8,745 bases of DNA from Octopus sinensis (taxonomy: Eukaryota), in contig NW_021828354.1 of NCBI RefSeq assembly GCF_006345805.1, positions 1 to 8,745 on the forward strand, written 5' to 3'. Position numbers and translations under genes: made by a program. Below are positions 8,430 to 8,745 of the stretch, piece after piece. The notes under the pieces were generated by a model. It ran no database searches, was not told the origin of the DNA, and saw only the letters and a program-made list of their open reading frames with translations. Every line of letters starts with the position of its first letter. The first letter of the stretch is position 1.

Positions 8430-8554
8430 ACTACACTCGCGGAGTGGTTGGCGTTAGGAAGGGCATCCAGCCGTAGAAACACTGCCAGATCTGAATGGGC
8501 CTGACGAAGCCTTCCAGCTTCACGGACCCCAGTTGACCCGTCCAACCCATGCTA
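8430..8554 (+). repeat. RTE 3'-terminal module lacking the last ~25 nt and the (GAT)n tail
   Basis: Matches 1210-1335 reverse-complemented up to cccatgcta, then switches to (TA)n. Confidence 0.85.
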
Positions 8555-8570
8555 TATATATATATATATG
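8553..8570. repeat. (TA)n tract containing the right copy of the putative TSD
   Basis: tatatatatatatatatg. Confidence 0.8.
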
Positions 8571-8745
8571 ATTTTGATTTTTCCAGTTTCAACTTATGAG
8601 CTGTGGCCATGCTGGGGCACCGCCATTTGGTGTGCTACTTGGTTTCACTTCATTAAGGCTTTCTAGCAACTGCTATTTGGTGCATGAGAGAGTTCGATGC
8701 AGCTGCCCTCATCTGCCCCTCCTGCCGTGAAGTTGGTTCATCTGG
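8570..8745 (-). mobile_element. Probable 3' end of another dispersed retroelement with an (AAAATC)n tail
   Basis: Minus strand ends ...ggcggtgccccagcatggccacagctcataagttgaaactggaaaaatcaaaatc. It is non-coding and runs off the window. The family is recalled rather than verified. Confidence 0.45.

Larger units (their letters stand above)
4968..8554 (+). mobile_element. Young RTE-clade non-LTR retrotransposon, 5'-truncated inside the endonuclease
   Basis: Single APE-RT polyprotein, short 3' UTR with a tandem array and terminal module, and RTE/BovB-type C-terminus (LxWxGHVxRM, RGRPRKTW). Confidence 0.95.

Noticed and set aside
8498-8530. CUGACGA followed by a small agc/gct hairpin
   Set aside because: There is no GAAA or stem III/UH downstream, and the old copy lacks the motif.
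7901-8545. 214-aa, 166-aa and 75-aa minus-strand ORFs with repeated peptides
   Set aside because: They arise from the GC-rich tandem array antisense to the LINE. The repeated peptides rotate between frames, as expected for non-coding repeats.

Overview
Eukaryotic, AT-rich, microsatellite-rich DNA made almost entirely of retroelements. I see no host gene, rRNA, tRNA or CRISPR array. The repeat types and (TA)n density suggest an octopus-like cephalopod, but that is inference from recalled repeat motifs, not a database result. From left to right: (1) a frameshifted Penelope-like element (PLE) fragment on the minus strand (~541-1085) encoding a Cys-rich linker and GIY-YIG endonuclease that the ORF track misses; (2) an old, deleted RTE-clade LINE on the minus strand (~1143-3220) with a (GAT)n tail; (3) a 1.7-kb spacer of (TA)n/(TG)n tracts separating short repeat-like segments, one carrying an intact-looking minimal type I hammerhead ribozyme (4784-4869) with a palindromic stem III; (4) a young RTE LINE on the plus strand (4968-8554) encoding APE endonuclease and RT, with a PHD-type C4HC3 finger inside the RT, an 8-unit alternating ~61-bp array in its 3' UTR, and (AT)7G at both ends; (5) the probable 3' end of another repeat on the minus strand (8570-8745). 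The two RTE copies form a large inverted repeat. All alignments, translations and folds were done by eye.
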